DNA of 64,000 nucleotides from a virus. Numbering within the stretch: the first letter of the stretch is position 1; each line of letters starts with the position of its first letter. Shown here piece after piece: positions 30,194 to 40,440 of this stretch. Under the pieces are notes generated by a model that was given only the letters and a program-made list of their open reading frames with translations, was not told the origin of the DNA and made no database searches. The translations under genes were made by a program, and so were the position numbers. Where the stretch lies: IMG/VR virus record IMGVR_UViG_3300042516_003202. One strand, given 5' to 3'.

Positions 30194-31039
30194 TTATCCT
30201 ATCATGTCTAATGGTGGAAGTTCATACTCTAATGACATTCTTTGTTTGATATCTTCTAGTTCTCTTTCTGCATCTTCGTATATTTCTCTTCCATTTAATT
30301 CTATTCCGCCAGGAAGTTTGACACCTCTAAATTTAATTAAATTTTGACCCCATTGTTTTTTAATTAAAGCAGTTAAATATTTCTTAAGAAAACTATCATT
30401 ATATACTTTAGGAAAATCATTAGGATCTAAAATTCTAAAGCAGTCTATTACTAAAAAGTCTCCTGCTTTGTTACCTTCCCAATTGAAATCTAAATATAAC
30501 CTATTTTGTCTTTTATTAAATCTAACTTGTTTATCTGTAGTCAGTAAAAAATCAATGTCTTCAAGATATGTTTTTACCATAGAATATTGCAAAAGTTGTA
30601 TAGAGTTGAAGTAGTATAAATCGTTTAAAAATAATTGATACTTAATACTAAACATTCCTGATGATATTGTACTAGCATTAAATTTAAATATTTTTTCAAC
30701 TCCAATTACAGAATCTGGAATTTGTATATAATTTGAAGATTCGTAAAAATTAAATGCTTTGGAAACTCCATTAATAGTTGATGATCCGGTAGTTGTAACT
30801 ATACCAGAACCAACTGGAGAATTTGCATTTGCAGTGCCTCTATCAATGTCTTCTTGAGTTAATTGATATTTTAAATACATCCTTTCAACACCATCAAAGT
30901 GTCTTTCGTGGAAGTACTGTAAAGCATCATCAACTAAATCATCTATTTGATCCTCATCGACATTAATTTCTAAAACTGGTGCCCCAAGTCTTCGTAAGCA
31001 GTAATCTATAAGTTGTTGTCTGGATGCTGGTTTAGACAT
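30194..31039 (-). CDS. gp13: Neck protein
   Basis: CLRRLGAPVLEINV, KQWGQNLIKF, LPGGIELNG. Confidence 0.95.
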   Translation of the reverse strand: MSKPASRQQLIDYCLRRLGAPVLEINVDEDQIDDLVDDALQYFHERHFDGVERMYLKYQLTQEDIDRGTANANSPVGSGIVTTTGSSTINGVSKAFNFYESSNYIQIPDSVIGVEKIFKFNASTISSGMFSIKYQLFLNDLYYFNSIQLLQYSMVKTYLEDIDFLLTTDKQVRFNKRQNRLYLDFNWEGNKAGDFLVIDCFRILDPNDFPKVYNDSFLKKYLTALIKKQWGQNLIKFRGVKLPGGIELNGREIYEDAERELEDIKQRMSLEYELPPLDMIG

Positions 31040-31047
31040 ATTTGATA

Positions 31048-31398
31048 CTAATGAGTAACGCCTTCTCTTACCAAAGCCATGCCTTCTACTACTCTTGAAG
31101 TTGTAGTTGTAACACCACTTGTAGTTGTAATTAAAACATCATAGACATATCTACCAGGTTTTAATCTAGCAGTTGTCACTGAAGATAATCCAATTCTTAT
31201 TTGACCAGAAGATGAATTAACCACAGATGTAGTAAATGTAGTTACCCCGGAACTTCCAGACCATTTCCTCATTTGAGAAGAAATTGATGAAGTACTTAAG
31301 TCTAAAGCTGAATTAGTAGAACTATTTTCTAAGAAAAAATCTTGAGAAAAATCTGCTCCAGAATTAATGACAAGGTTACTTACGTATACTGATGCCAT
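31048..31398 (-). CDS. Small virion structural protein (BppU-like)
   Basis: GADFSQDF, LKPGRYVYDVLI, RVVEG; TATAAATA at 31425-31432. Confidence 0.7.
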   Translation of the reverse strand: MASVYVSNLVINSGADFSQDFFLENSSTNSALDLSTSSISSQMRKWSGSSGVTTFTTSVVNSSSGQIRIGLSSVTTARLKPGRYVYDVLITTTSGVTTTTSRVVEGMALVREGVTH

Positions 31399-31427
31399 TT
31401 AATGAAAATAACTAATTTTAAAAGTAT

Positions 31428-31604
31428 TTATAACCCAATATTCTCGATAGAACTTATTACTTCTTGTTGTTTTAAATACATCTTAAAATATAATTTAGAA
31501 AAAAGTTTCAGATCATCAATACTGAGAGAATCAATTAATCTACAGTGTTTTTCATATTCGAAAAGTTTATCTATTGATGATAAATTAATCTCTTGAGGAT
31601 TCAT
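31428..31604 (-). CDS. nblA: NblA-like phycobilisome degradation adaptor (58 aa), not in ORF track
   Basis: MNPQEINLSSIDKLFEYEKHCRLIDSLSIDDLKLFSKLYFKMYLKQQEVISSIENIGL; two-helix pattern LS...F / KxFxKLY / QQ resembles NblA. Confidence 0.55.
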   Translation of the reverse strand: MNPQEINLSSIDKLFEYEKHCRLIDSLSIDDLKLFSKLYFKMYLKQQEVISSIENIGL

Positions 31605-31791
31605 CTAATAATCTCCTTAGCAGTAATTTAATTTCTGAAAGTTCGTTCTTTAAATTTTCTATTTCAAATTTTTGCTTTAATTTTTCTTTTTTTATTTTAG
31701 TATAATTTAAATACTCATAATTATCAGTATTAATTATAGCACCAGTTTCTTCATCACGATATAAATTTTTATGTCCTTCTATTGGTATCAT
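31585..31791 (-). CDS. Conserved cyanophage hypothetical protein (coiled-coil C-terminus)
   Basis: IPIEGHKNLYRDEETGAIIN. Confidence 0.75.
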   Translation of the reverse strand: MIPIEGHKNLYRDEETGAIINTDNYEYLNYTKIKKEKLKQKFEIENLKNELSEIKLLLRRLLDESSRD

Positions 31792-34700
31792 TACGCTAAA
31801 GCAATAACTCTTATATCTTTAAATTTCAGTGGAGTTGCCTCATTAGATCCACTCATTACTATCTTAATAGAAAATCCAACAAATTGATCTAAGTTTTGAG
31901 CAGTGAACTGATATTCCGAAAATTCACCTTCTTGATTTGCTCCAACAAACGAATCGGGCAATCCATCATTTAAAGAAACATTAATGATAGTATCCCCAAT
32001 TCCATCCCCATTAAGATCATTTAAATTATTATATCCGGGGAAAAGTTCATAAGACTGATCTGTTCCTGTTGAATTTGCTCTAATTAATTTATATAAAACT
32101 CTAAAATTACTACTTGAAGATCTATAAGTGTTTGTTATAACTTTAAGTGAAGTTGCTGGTTTTACTAAATTTATTTGTTTAGAAATGTAAACTGATGCGT
32201 GAGGATCATTTACTAGATTATTTGACCTTGGATCAGAAGAATAATTTGTAATTGGGGAATTTAATCTATTTCTAATTAGAGCAACTGATGTGGACTCTGT
32301 TAAATCAATCACTGGAGATAAATTTACATCCGAAGATTGTAAATTTATTCCTATGGTTAATGATTTTGATCTAGGTATAAATTGAAGATTTCTAGTTTCG
32401 TTAATTTTTGATGCTACTAACCTAGGTGTATTGAAATTGTTTTTGGAATTTAAAGAGATTTCAGAATAACCTTGATCTAAGAATGATGCCTCAGATCCTC
32501 CTCCACTAGTACCGGAAATAGTTCTAATTAAGGAAGAAATTGATGTTCTGTCTGGAGAAATTATATTAAATTTAGGTATTATTGAATTAAATTGATAGTT
32601 TTGAGTAGCTTTACAATTTCCTCCGCCAAAAGTTTTTTCATTTGCAAATATTGCATTTACATTGTCATATTGCCCAAATTGTAAATAATAATTATCAGCA
32701 TCTCTTAGGGAAGATAATAATGAGGAATTTGATGGAAGGACGTGATTTGCGTTTATCCTAATTAAAGAAACATTATTAGATTCGTATTTGTATACTAATG
32801 ATCCAGGATCGTGATTTCTGCTAGCAGAATTGTTGATTCCTCTACTTAAAATTGATAATGAACCACTGTTTACCGCATAATAAGAAATAATTTCATTATT
32901 AATTAGAACATAACCAGTGTTAATACCAGAAACAACTCTTCCCTCAAACGTTGTAAAGTTTGATGTATTGGCTATTGATATAACTGTGCTTGATGAAACT
33001 AAAGATGATTGTAAAGGTTCTGGTGTTGTGTCTGGAGATACGCCACTTATTATAACCATATTGTTATTTGCGTGCATTCCATGACTATAATGATTAACTT
33101 TGAAAACATTTCCTGTATATAAATCACTAGGAACATATGCTGGATTTCTTGTAGAAGTTCCAGCCAATGAAACTAAAGTGGTATTATCATAGTATGATAA
33201 CCCTGTTCCACTGGCAAATTCTTGCATATAAACATTCTTTAAATATAAAGTATCAATATTTGCTCTTGCGGAAACTGATAATGTAGCATTTGATCCTTTT
33301 CCAATGTAACTGGTTGTTATTCCCAGCATATCACCTAAAGCATATCCTTCTCCACTACTTGCTATAGAAACATTTGATATTTTTCCACCAGAAATAGTTA
33401 TATTTGCAGAAGCACTTACTACATTTGGACCATATCCTTGAATTGTATATAACGGAACATTAGTAAAAGTACCATCAGAATATCCAGTTCCAACATTGGA
33501 TGCAGTTAAGGTCAAGATATTTCCACCAACTTGCTCAATAAATCCATAATTGCTATTTGCATTAGAAACTATCTTTCTTCCAATACTATATACATTTTGT
33601 GCAGAACTTCCATATGAAGTTGTTATTCCAATTACTAGCTTTCTCGGATATGCAGTTATCGGATTTTCGACTAATTTTTCAATGTTGCTGTCATAATCTT
33701 CTCCCAAATTATTACTTAAGTTGGGATTAACAAAATATGCGGTTCCACTAGATTGTGAAAACTGAGCTTTATAAAATTTAAATTTCAAATCTTGATATAA
33801 TGATGCAACAGGTCCAGTTCCATTATGGGATTTATATAAATGACCACCAATATATTGATTTGAATAAAATACTTGTAAAGAATTAGGATAAGTTTGCGTT
33901 TCAACAGTTGCTTTATTTGATTCTGCGGTCCAAATTTTATATTTTGAGGATGATGGCGAATAAATCGCAATACAATATTGCTTATTTGGTTCTAGATATA
34001 ATGGAGAATTTAATTTTATATTAGTTGGTGTGCTTCCATTAGGTGAAGTTTTAATATTAGATGGTAAAACACTAACTCTTGCATAATCTTGAAGTAATTT
34101 TTTAGTTGGATTTCCACCAAGATCAGATTCTCTTATTTCTAACGTTAATTTCTCATCAGAATCTTTTTCTGAGAAAAATAAATCAATTGATGTTAAAAAT
34201 CCACCTGTATTATCTGTTTTGAATGTTTGTATTAATGGATGCTTATTTGCTAGTAAATCTCTAGATATTACAGGTCTTCTAACTAGAGTTCCATTATATG
34301 AATTTGGATTTCTTGACACATAGAAAGAAGTTTCACAATAACTTATTGTAGAAGATCCCTGAGATTGTAATTTAAAAGTTTTATCACCAAGTATAAATGA
34401 TGTAGATGGCATTGGATTTACATATGGGTTTCTGATATAAAAACAACCTATTAAATCCCCATAATTATCGGTTATCAACTCTTGATTTTGGACAGTTGCT
34501 TGAGCTCCACTAGTTCTTCCAACTAAAAGCATTCCATAAGGAGTATATCCGTAATATCTACCATCAGACTCATCCATTAAAGAATAAGTATCTATATTAA
34601 TTATAGTAGATGACTGTGAATATACACTAAGGACATTTGTTGGGTCATATGGATTTATTGTATACTTTTCTGTTGGATTTCCATAATAACCAAATTTGTG

Positions 34701-37700
34701 ATCTAAATCTGCTAATCTAAAACAAGCAACTCTATTAGATCCAACATAACCGTCAACGGTTTCTCCAGATTTAAATATTCCGGATACCATTGATATTTTT
34801 AAAAGTTTTGGGATTATATCAATATCAGATTTGCCATCAAACGATGAAAAATACTTTGTAGAAGGCAATAAATTTTTTGCAGTAAATTCAACATTTCTAG
34901 ATCTTAATTTTTCTCCAGACTCATTGCTTAGTATTAAATTTTGGAGATAAGAATTTTCCCAATCACTTTGTGTTTTTACTACAGATCCTTTAAAATTATT
35001 AATAGTTCTAACCCAAGAATCTGTTGATGGGCGCAATGTTAGATTTCCTGAAAAATCTGTTAGTCCAAAAGGATTTAAATTTTCTTCAGTAGTAGCAAAT
35101 GGTTGTGCTATATCTCCCCATTCAACTTCATTATAATTTAATGTAATTAAATCTCCAGTCTTTTTAACATTTGGATCAAACAAATCTATATTCGTTGAAA
35201 AATCAGCACTCTCAAAATTTATATTTTCACTTGGTAAAATTTGTGTTTTTAATGAATATAATGAAACGTCAGTAGTTAATTCATTTTTTTCACCATCAAT
35301 TGCAGATTTGGCGTCGGAATTTGAAATTTCAATAAAATTATTAGTTTTAAAATTATCAACAAAGAATCCACATTTAAATCTACTTAATCCATCTTCATCA
35401 ATTATTTGTAAAGATTTTGTATCTAATTCTAATAATGTTAAAGATGCAAATTCTTCTAAACTTTTAATTCTATCTTCTAGTTTTCCAATATCTTTCATAG
35501 TATAACGCTTATTTTCAATTTGAGTAACTTTTATGTCACTAATATTGTAAACGTATGGTGGATATTTAATTATTCCAACATCCATTGAATCATCTAAAGT
35601 CAAAGGTGGATTTGGATTTATTGCTGGATTGCCTTTTATTAATTGGAATAATCCAGTTTTTGTTAAAACTACTCTATCAATTCTTGGAACGTAGTATGAA
35701 TAACCAACCGAAGAAGTTTCATTTTGTGCAATAATTGAAGAAGGACTTAGTGCAGATAAAAAGTTTCTGGACGAAAATGCAAAAGGAGAATAACCAATAG
35801 AAGTAAATTTAGAAACTCTAGGTCTAAAATCCAATACATCACTTAGAGAAATATTTGTACTTAATTTTGGTATATCTTTTTTATATCTTTCTGAATCATA
35901 ACTATTTACGGTATAAACATCTCCACTATCAATAGAATCCACTTCATAATAATTGAATATAATTGTTAATTTTTTTGTTGGTGAACTAGTACCAACTCTT
36001 CTTTTTATTCTGGAATAATCATAATATTGTTCCCTTTGCCCACCATCTAAAGAATAATCGCCAGTTTTATTAATATATCTTCCTTCATAAATTGAAGTTA
36101 ATTGGGAAGAAACTTTAGATTCTTCAAATTTTACAACTTCTAGTGGTTGAAACTTGTTTCCATTTAAATAAACAAATTCAACTTCATTTGATGAAGATGA
36201 TATTACTTGTCCAACTGCATTACTTGTTGCACCTCTACAATACTCTCCAACAATTACAGTTGAATTTAAACTAGTTCCTGATGGGAAAATTAATCTATCA
36301 AGTTGTGCTGGATTACTATCTAAAGATTCGAAAATTCCTACTATCTTTGCAACATCTGGAACATTTAAAGATATTTCTTCATCTTCTATCCTCAATCCAT
36401 AATATGGACTAGTTGACAGACCACTAAGATTAGCAGTGATAGACGAAGAAGTTTTATCTATTATAATACTTTCACTTTTTTTATAAATTTTTGTTTTATT
36501 TCTTACTACATTTTTTATAGCAGTAACTTGAATAGTTATATTAGACTGGGATGGTCTTAATCCAGAAATAAGTAGTGTCGCTCCATTATCTGCAAATCTT
36601 ATTTTATCTGAAGAAAGAGGATCAACAACTCCATCACTGTAGAATAAAGCATATCTTTCAGGTCTATATTGAGAAAAATATGCGTTTGAAACACCAATAT
36701 CACTTGACGCGGATAAATTTAATGTTCCTGTATTTGAAGTACTTTTTCCAGTTACTTGTTTTTTTATAGTTAGGGATGCCCCACCTAAATCAACTGAAGA
36801 TATATTGGAATTGCCAAGTTTTGAATATAAGTAAGATTTGTCCTCATTTTTAATTGACGATTCGCCTAAGAAAAATGTAGAGTTAATTGTTGTTTGTGGT
36901 AAAGAACCAACACAAACATTTGTAACGTTTGAAACTGGGGCAATAGTTAAAGATAAACCGCCATTATTTACTGAAACAACCCTTGCATATGATTCTGTAG
37001 AAAAACCAGATCTTTGATATCTAATAATAGCATCACTTTTTATTCCTACAAAATTTTTCCCGGAACAAGTTACCGTGCTTATCCCAGATGCTCCTTCACT
37101 AATAGTTATTACATCAGTTATATTAAAGTTAGGTGCTATTTGTTTCTGTAAAAAAGTATCTGCAGAAAAATCAGTGCTTAGACCTAGACTGGAAGAATCT
37201 TGATAGACTGATTTAATATCTTGACTTCCGTATGTTTTTATTGAAGATACTACTCTAGTTATACCAGTATTATTGTTTATGGTAATCTGTTCATTTTGAA
37301 TAAATGTTCCAGAAACTTGAGACACTGTTAGTTCTTTTTCATTTGGAGATCCAACAACATATGCAGATGCTCCACTACTTAATCCTTTAATATATGAAGT
37401 TTCTGGGCATTCGTTAGAAGTTAATGAAGCACTTAATGTCAATACTGTATATGTTTGCACATCATACAGATATAAATTAAATCTTGAAGAAGGATCTACA
37501 TAAGCCGAATCACTTGAAGAAAATGAATATACTCTTGCTTTACCTATAGTTGTTCCAGTTCCGGAAATTGTACTTGATTTTCTATAGTTAAAAAGATCAA
37601 TAGAATAATTATTATCAATACCCACAAAAGGAGATCCTGAAACATTATTTAAGATAAGTAAATTTCCCATTTCAAATGGAACAGGAACATTCCTTAAAGA

Positions 37701-38843
37701 TTCGGTTGTTCTTGGTTTTTCTACATCTAATAAAACTGTTCCTGTATTTTCAACATCATAACCACCAACATATGCCTTACCTGAAGAAATTTTAACACAC
37801 AATAAATCTTCAGATGGAACATTGTTTTGATCTGTTCTTTGATTTGAAGTAAAAACTCCATTAGAATCTATTAAATTGTTAAGAGACTCTTCGACTTCTA
37901 TATTGAATGGTGCTAAGGTATAATTGCCAGATTCTTCATAAGTTCTTTTTGCTAAGAAATCTTTTATTAATGAATAATCTGTTGTTTCTTTTATTTTTTT
38001 GACTTGCCCATCAGTAATTCTTAGTAATTCTATAAAACTTTTATCATCATAATCACTTAAAAGTTTTTTTGATAATTTGGTTGAGATTTTAAATCTATCT
38101 GACCCTGGAGCAGAGTAGTTTGTAAATCCTTTTGCATTGTCATATAAACTAGTATCACTTTTTGCAGTAACAACTTCTTCAAAAACACTCAATCCAACTC
38201 TATAAGATGGTGAATTTGTATATTGGTCAAGTATTAAAGTGTCTTCTGCTACTGAAACAAAGTATCCTCTAATAAAATAAATTCCAGGAGAAATAGAAAC
38301 TGCTGATCCCGTGCTAGTGGAATTTGTTTCTAAAAGAGTTGCTATTGTGCTGCCTGATGTTATAGAAGTATTTCCGTAACTAAATGTCTCTTCTGTAATC
38401 AGTGTTTCCCCATCTACAAATTGAGAAGATTCAAATTGGGTATTTGCTGATAAGTATTTTACGTATAATGTAGTTACATTTTCTGTAGAGTCTATTCTTT
38501 TAACTACATTTTGAACTATTGCAGTTATTTGAGAAGTTTGACCTTTTATTTTTTTACCTACCAAACTATCTACATAAAATTCTACATCTAAACCAAGATG
38601 TACTGGATCAATTTTAACTGCATAATAATTTCTATTAAAAGAAATATTTCCAGGGATAACTACCGAACCATCTTTGAATATATTATTTCCAAAAGCAGAA
38701 ATTTGATTTTGTAATATACTCTGTAATGTTGTTAATTCTCTAGCTTGAACTGGAAATCCTGGTTTAAATAAAACTTTATAAAAATTTTTTTCTGCATCAA
38801 AATCGTCATAATAAGGGGAAACGTTTAAATCTGTTTTTTCCAT
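31791..38843 (-). CDS. Large virion structural protein (VrlC/DUF4815-like)
   Basis: NVSPYYDDFD, FKPGFPVQARELTTLQSILQNQ, RTYEESGNY; follows gp8. Confidence 0.85.
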   Translation of the reverse strand: MEKTDLNVSPYYDDFDAEKNFYKVLFKPGFPVQARELTTLQSILQNQISAFGNNIFKDGSVVIPGNISFNRNYYAVKIDPVHLGLDVEFYVDSLVGKKIKGQTSQITAIVQNVVKRIDSTENVTTLYVKYLSANTQFESSQFVDGETLITEETFSYGNTSITSGSTIATLLETNSTSTGSAVSISPGIYFIRGYFVSVAEDTLILDQYTNSPSYRVGLSVFEEVVTAKSDTSLYDNAKGFTNYSAPGSDRFKISTKLSKKLLSDYDDKSFIELLRITDGQVKKIKETTDYSLIKDFLAKRTYEESGNYTLAPFNIEVEESLNNLIDSNGVFTSNQRTDQNNVPSEDLLCVKISSGKAYVGGYDVENTGTVLLDVEKPRTTESLRNVPVPFEMGNLLILNNVSGSPFVGIDNNYSIDLFNYRKSSTISGTGTTIGKARVYSFSSSDSAYVDPSSRFNLYLYDVQTYTVLTLSASLTSNECPETSYIKGLSSGASAYVVGSPNEKELTVSQVSGTFIQNEQITINNNTGITRVVSSIKTYGSQDIKSVYQDSSSLGLSTDFSADTFLQKQIAPNFNITDVITISEGASGISTVTCSGKNFVGIKSDAIIRYQRSGFSTESYARVVSVNNGGLSLTIAPVSNVTNVCVGSLPQTTINSTFFLGESSIKNEDKSYLYSKLGNSNISSVDLGGASLTIKKQVTGKSTSNTGTLNLSASSDIGVSNAYFSQYRPERYALFYSDGVVDPLSSDKIRFADNGATLLISGLRPSQSNITIQVTAIKNVVRNKTKIYKKSESIIIDKTSSSITANLSGLSTSPYYGLRIEDEEISLNVPDVAKIVGIFESLDSNPAQLDRLIFPSGTSLNSTVIVGEYCRGATSNAVGQVISSSSNEVEFVYLNGNKFQPLEVVKFEESKVSSQLTSIYEGRYINKTGDYSLDGGQREQYYDYSRIKRRVGTSSPTKKLTIIFNYYEVDSIDSGDVYTVNSYDSERYKKDIPKLSTNISLSDVLDFRPRVSKFTSIGYSPFAFSSRNFLSALSPSSIIAQNETSSVGYSYYVPRIDRVVLTKTGLFQLIKGNPAINPNPPLTLDDSMDVGIIKYPPYVYNISDIKVTQIENKRYTMKDIGKLEDRIKSLEEFASLTLLELDTKSLQIIDEDGLSRFKCGFFVDNFKTNNFIEISNSDAKSAIDGEKNELTTDVSLYSLKTQILPSENINFESADFSTNIDLFDPNVKKTGDLITLNYNEVEWGDIAQPFATTEENLNPFGLTDFSGNLTLRPSTDSWVRTINNFKGSVVKTQSDWENSYLQNLILSNESGEKLRSRNVEFTAKNLLPSTKYFSSFDGKSDIDIIPKLLKISMVSGIFKSGETVDGYVGSNRVACFRLADLDHKFGYYGNPTEKYTINPYDPTNVLSVYSQSSTIINIDTYSLMDESDGRYYGYTPYGMLLVGRTSGAQATVQNQELITDNYGDLIGCFYIRNPYVNPMPSTSFILGDKTFKLQSQGSSTISYCETSFYVSRNPNSYNGTLVRRPVISRDLLANKHPLIQTFKTDNTGGFLTSIDLFFSEKDSDEKLTLEIRESDLGGNPTKKLLQDYARVSVLPSNIKTSPNGSTPTNIKLNSPLYLEPNKQYCIAIYSPSSSKYKIWTAESNKATVETQTYPNSLQVFYSNQYIGGHLYKSHNGTGPVASLYQDLKFKFYKAQFSQSSGTAYFVNPNLSNNLGEDYDSNIEKLVENPITAYPRKLVIGITTSYGSSAQNVYSIGRKIVSNANSNYGFIEQVGGNILTLTASNVGTGYSDGTFTNVPLYTIQGYGPNVVSASANITISGGKISNVSIASSGEGYALGDMLGITTSYIGKGSNATLSVSARANIDTLYLKNVYMQEFASGTGLSYYDNTTLVSLAGTSTRNPAYVPSDLYTGNVFKVNHYSHGMHANNNMVIISGVSPDTTPEPLQSSLVSSSTVISIANTSNFTTFEGRVVSGINTGYVLINNEIISYYAVNSGSLSILSRGINNSASRNHDPGSLVYKYESNNVSLIRINANHVLPSNSSLLSSLRDADNYYLQFGQYDNVNAIFANEKTFGGGNCKATQNYQFNSIIPKFNIISPDRTSISSLIRTISGTSGGGSEASFLDQGYSEISLNSKNNFNTPRLVASKINETRNLQFIPRSKSLTIGINLQSSDVNLSPVIDLTESTSVALIRNRLNSPITNYSSDPRSNNLVNDPHASVYISKQINLVKPATSLKVITNTYRSSSSNFRVLYKLIRANSTGTDQSYELFPGYNNLNDLNGDGIGDTIINVSLNDGLPDSFVGANQEGEFSEYQFTAQNLDQFVGFSIKIVMSGSNEATPLKFKDIRVIALA

Positions 38844-38848
38844 TTTAG

Positions 38849-40411
38849 TTAAAATTCCAGTACAATTTTAATGTCTTCTTTTTGCCTTGGACTTCTAGTT
38901 ACAAGCGGTCGGTTGTCCAAATAAATTACATCGCCAGATGATTTATTTATTTCTGGTTGAGACATTCCATTTATAAATGTTGAACCTAAATTAACAGATT
39001 TAGTTGAAGTTAAATCTGTGGTTATGCCACTGAAGTTTATATCAATAGATCCACTGAATGAATTTGATGATGTTATTACACCACCTATTGTAGAAAATCC
39101 AACTGCCTTAGATTTAAACGCAACATCTTTAGAATCTTTTTGGTCGTATGATAATGAATTATAATATAAAGATCTATCCGTAAAATATTTCAAAACATTT
39201 GTTTGTTGATCAAATGATGCAATATATCCTATTGCTGTTCCAACACCGCTTATTGTTTGATATATTGGATTTCCTGGTATTGCATCATCCGGATAAGAAA
39301 CTGAATTTGATAATAATTTTATTGCGTGTACGCCAGAGAATGTATCCCCTGAAAAAATGGAACTTGAAGATCCAGCAATGTTTGGATTTTTAAGTATACC
39401 AATTTGTGCAAATTTTGCATCTGTTGGAAAATCTTTTGTAGAATCGTCAAATCTAGCATAAAGTAAAACTCTTTCACATCCAAGTTCATTATAAATGTCA
39501 TAACCATGTCCCTTTGATGGCGGTATAATTGGTATTAAGTGTGCAAAAGAAGTTGCACTTTGATTTATTGAAGATAAGTCTACTCTTCCATAAGTGTAGT
39601 TTTTTCCTCCACTAGAAACTATCACATCATTTATTCTTCCACCAACAACATCAACTATGACTTTTGCACCTTCACCATCCCCTATAATATCCAATTCTGA
39701 GGTTGATTGTGTATATCCAGAACCTGCAGATTCTATATAAACTTTTTTAATTTGATTGGTATTTACTGATGAATCTGCACTATTTCTTATGGCAGATATA
39801 TCAGGATCAGTTGTAGTATCCCAATCAATTGGGACAGAAATATACTCTATAGAATCAAATTTTATAATATCTGAAGGACTAACTGTGAACAAATATTTCC
39901 AAACATACCCATCTCCACTTTCTCCTGCCCTAGATGGCTCTAAATCGACAAATTTTGGCTCATCTTGGGAAGGATTTCCTAGTCTGTTTGCTGAGGATGA
40001 TCCATTGTCTATGCACAAATAAACTCTATAATCGCTATTAACTACATAATAGTTCGCATCATATAATCTATATGAATTAGTTTTTCGTGATGGATTACTG
40101 ACAGAATAATCATGACGATACAGTTCATATATGGTATTTTTAGTCCAATCAACTCGTCTAATTAATCTTCTAATATTGCCAGTTGTTATTTTCTTTCCAA
40201 ATAATATAGTATCTCTAGAGTGATTTAAATAATTAAAATTGTCAATTGGAGTTGGAATTGCTTCATCCCAGGTTGAAGATCTTCCAAATCCAACTGCTGT
40301 GGGATTTGGAAGACCTAAGAATATATAATACGAATTGTTTGAATCTTTAACCGAATCTACAAAATTACCGGCATTTAATATTCGAAATTGATCAGTAACA
40401 ATTGCAGACAT
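38849..40411 (-). CDS. gp8: Baseplate wedge subunit
   Basis: YYVVNSDYRVYLC, DGYVWKYLF, PSKGHG, QKEDIKIVLEF. Confidence 0.93.
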   Translation of the reverse strand: MSAIVTDQFRILNAGNFVDSVKDSNNSYYIFLGLPNPTAVGFGRSSTWDEAIPTPIDNFNYLNHSRDTILFGKKITTGNIRRLIRRVDWTKNTIYELYRHDYSVSNPSRKTNSYRLYDANYYVVNSDYRVYLCIDNGSSSANRLGNPSQDEPKFVDLEPSRAGESGDGYVWKYLFTVSPSDIIKFDSIEYISVPIDWDTTTDPDISAIRNSADSSVNTNQIKKVYIESAGSGYTQSTSELDIIGDGEGAKVIVDVVGGRINDVIVSSGGKNYTYGRVDLSSINQSATSFAHLIPIIPPSKGHGYDIYNELGCERVLLYARFDDSTKDFPTDAKFAQIGILKNPNIAGSSSSIFSGDTFSGVHAIKLLSNSVSYPDDAIPGNPIYQTISGVGTAIGYIASFDQQTNVLKYFTDRSLYYNSLSYDQKDSKDVAFKSKAVGFSTIGGVITSSNSFSGSIDINFSGITTDLTSTKSVNLGSTFINGMSQPEINKSSGDVIYLDNRPLVTRSPRQKEDIKIVLEF

Positions 40412-40440
40412 TATTATTCCTTTTTTTCTTTATTTATATG

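Noticed and set aside
31402-31596. Plus-strand 64-aa ORF in the track
   Set aside because: Antisense shadow of the NblA-like minus-strand ORF that fits operon polarity.
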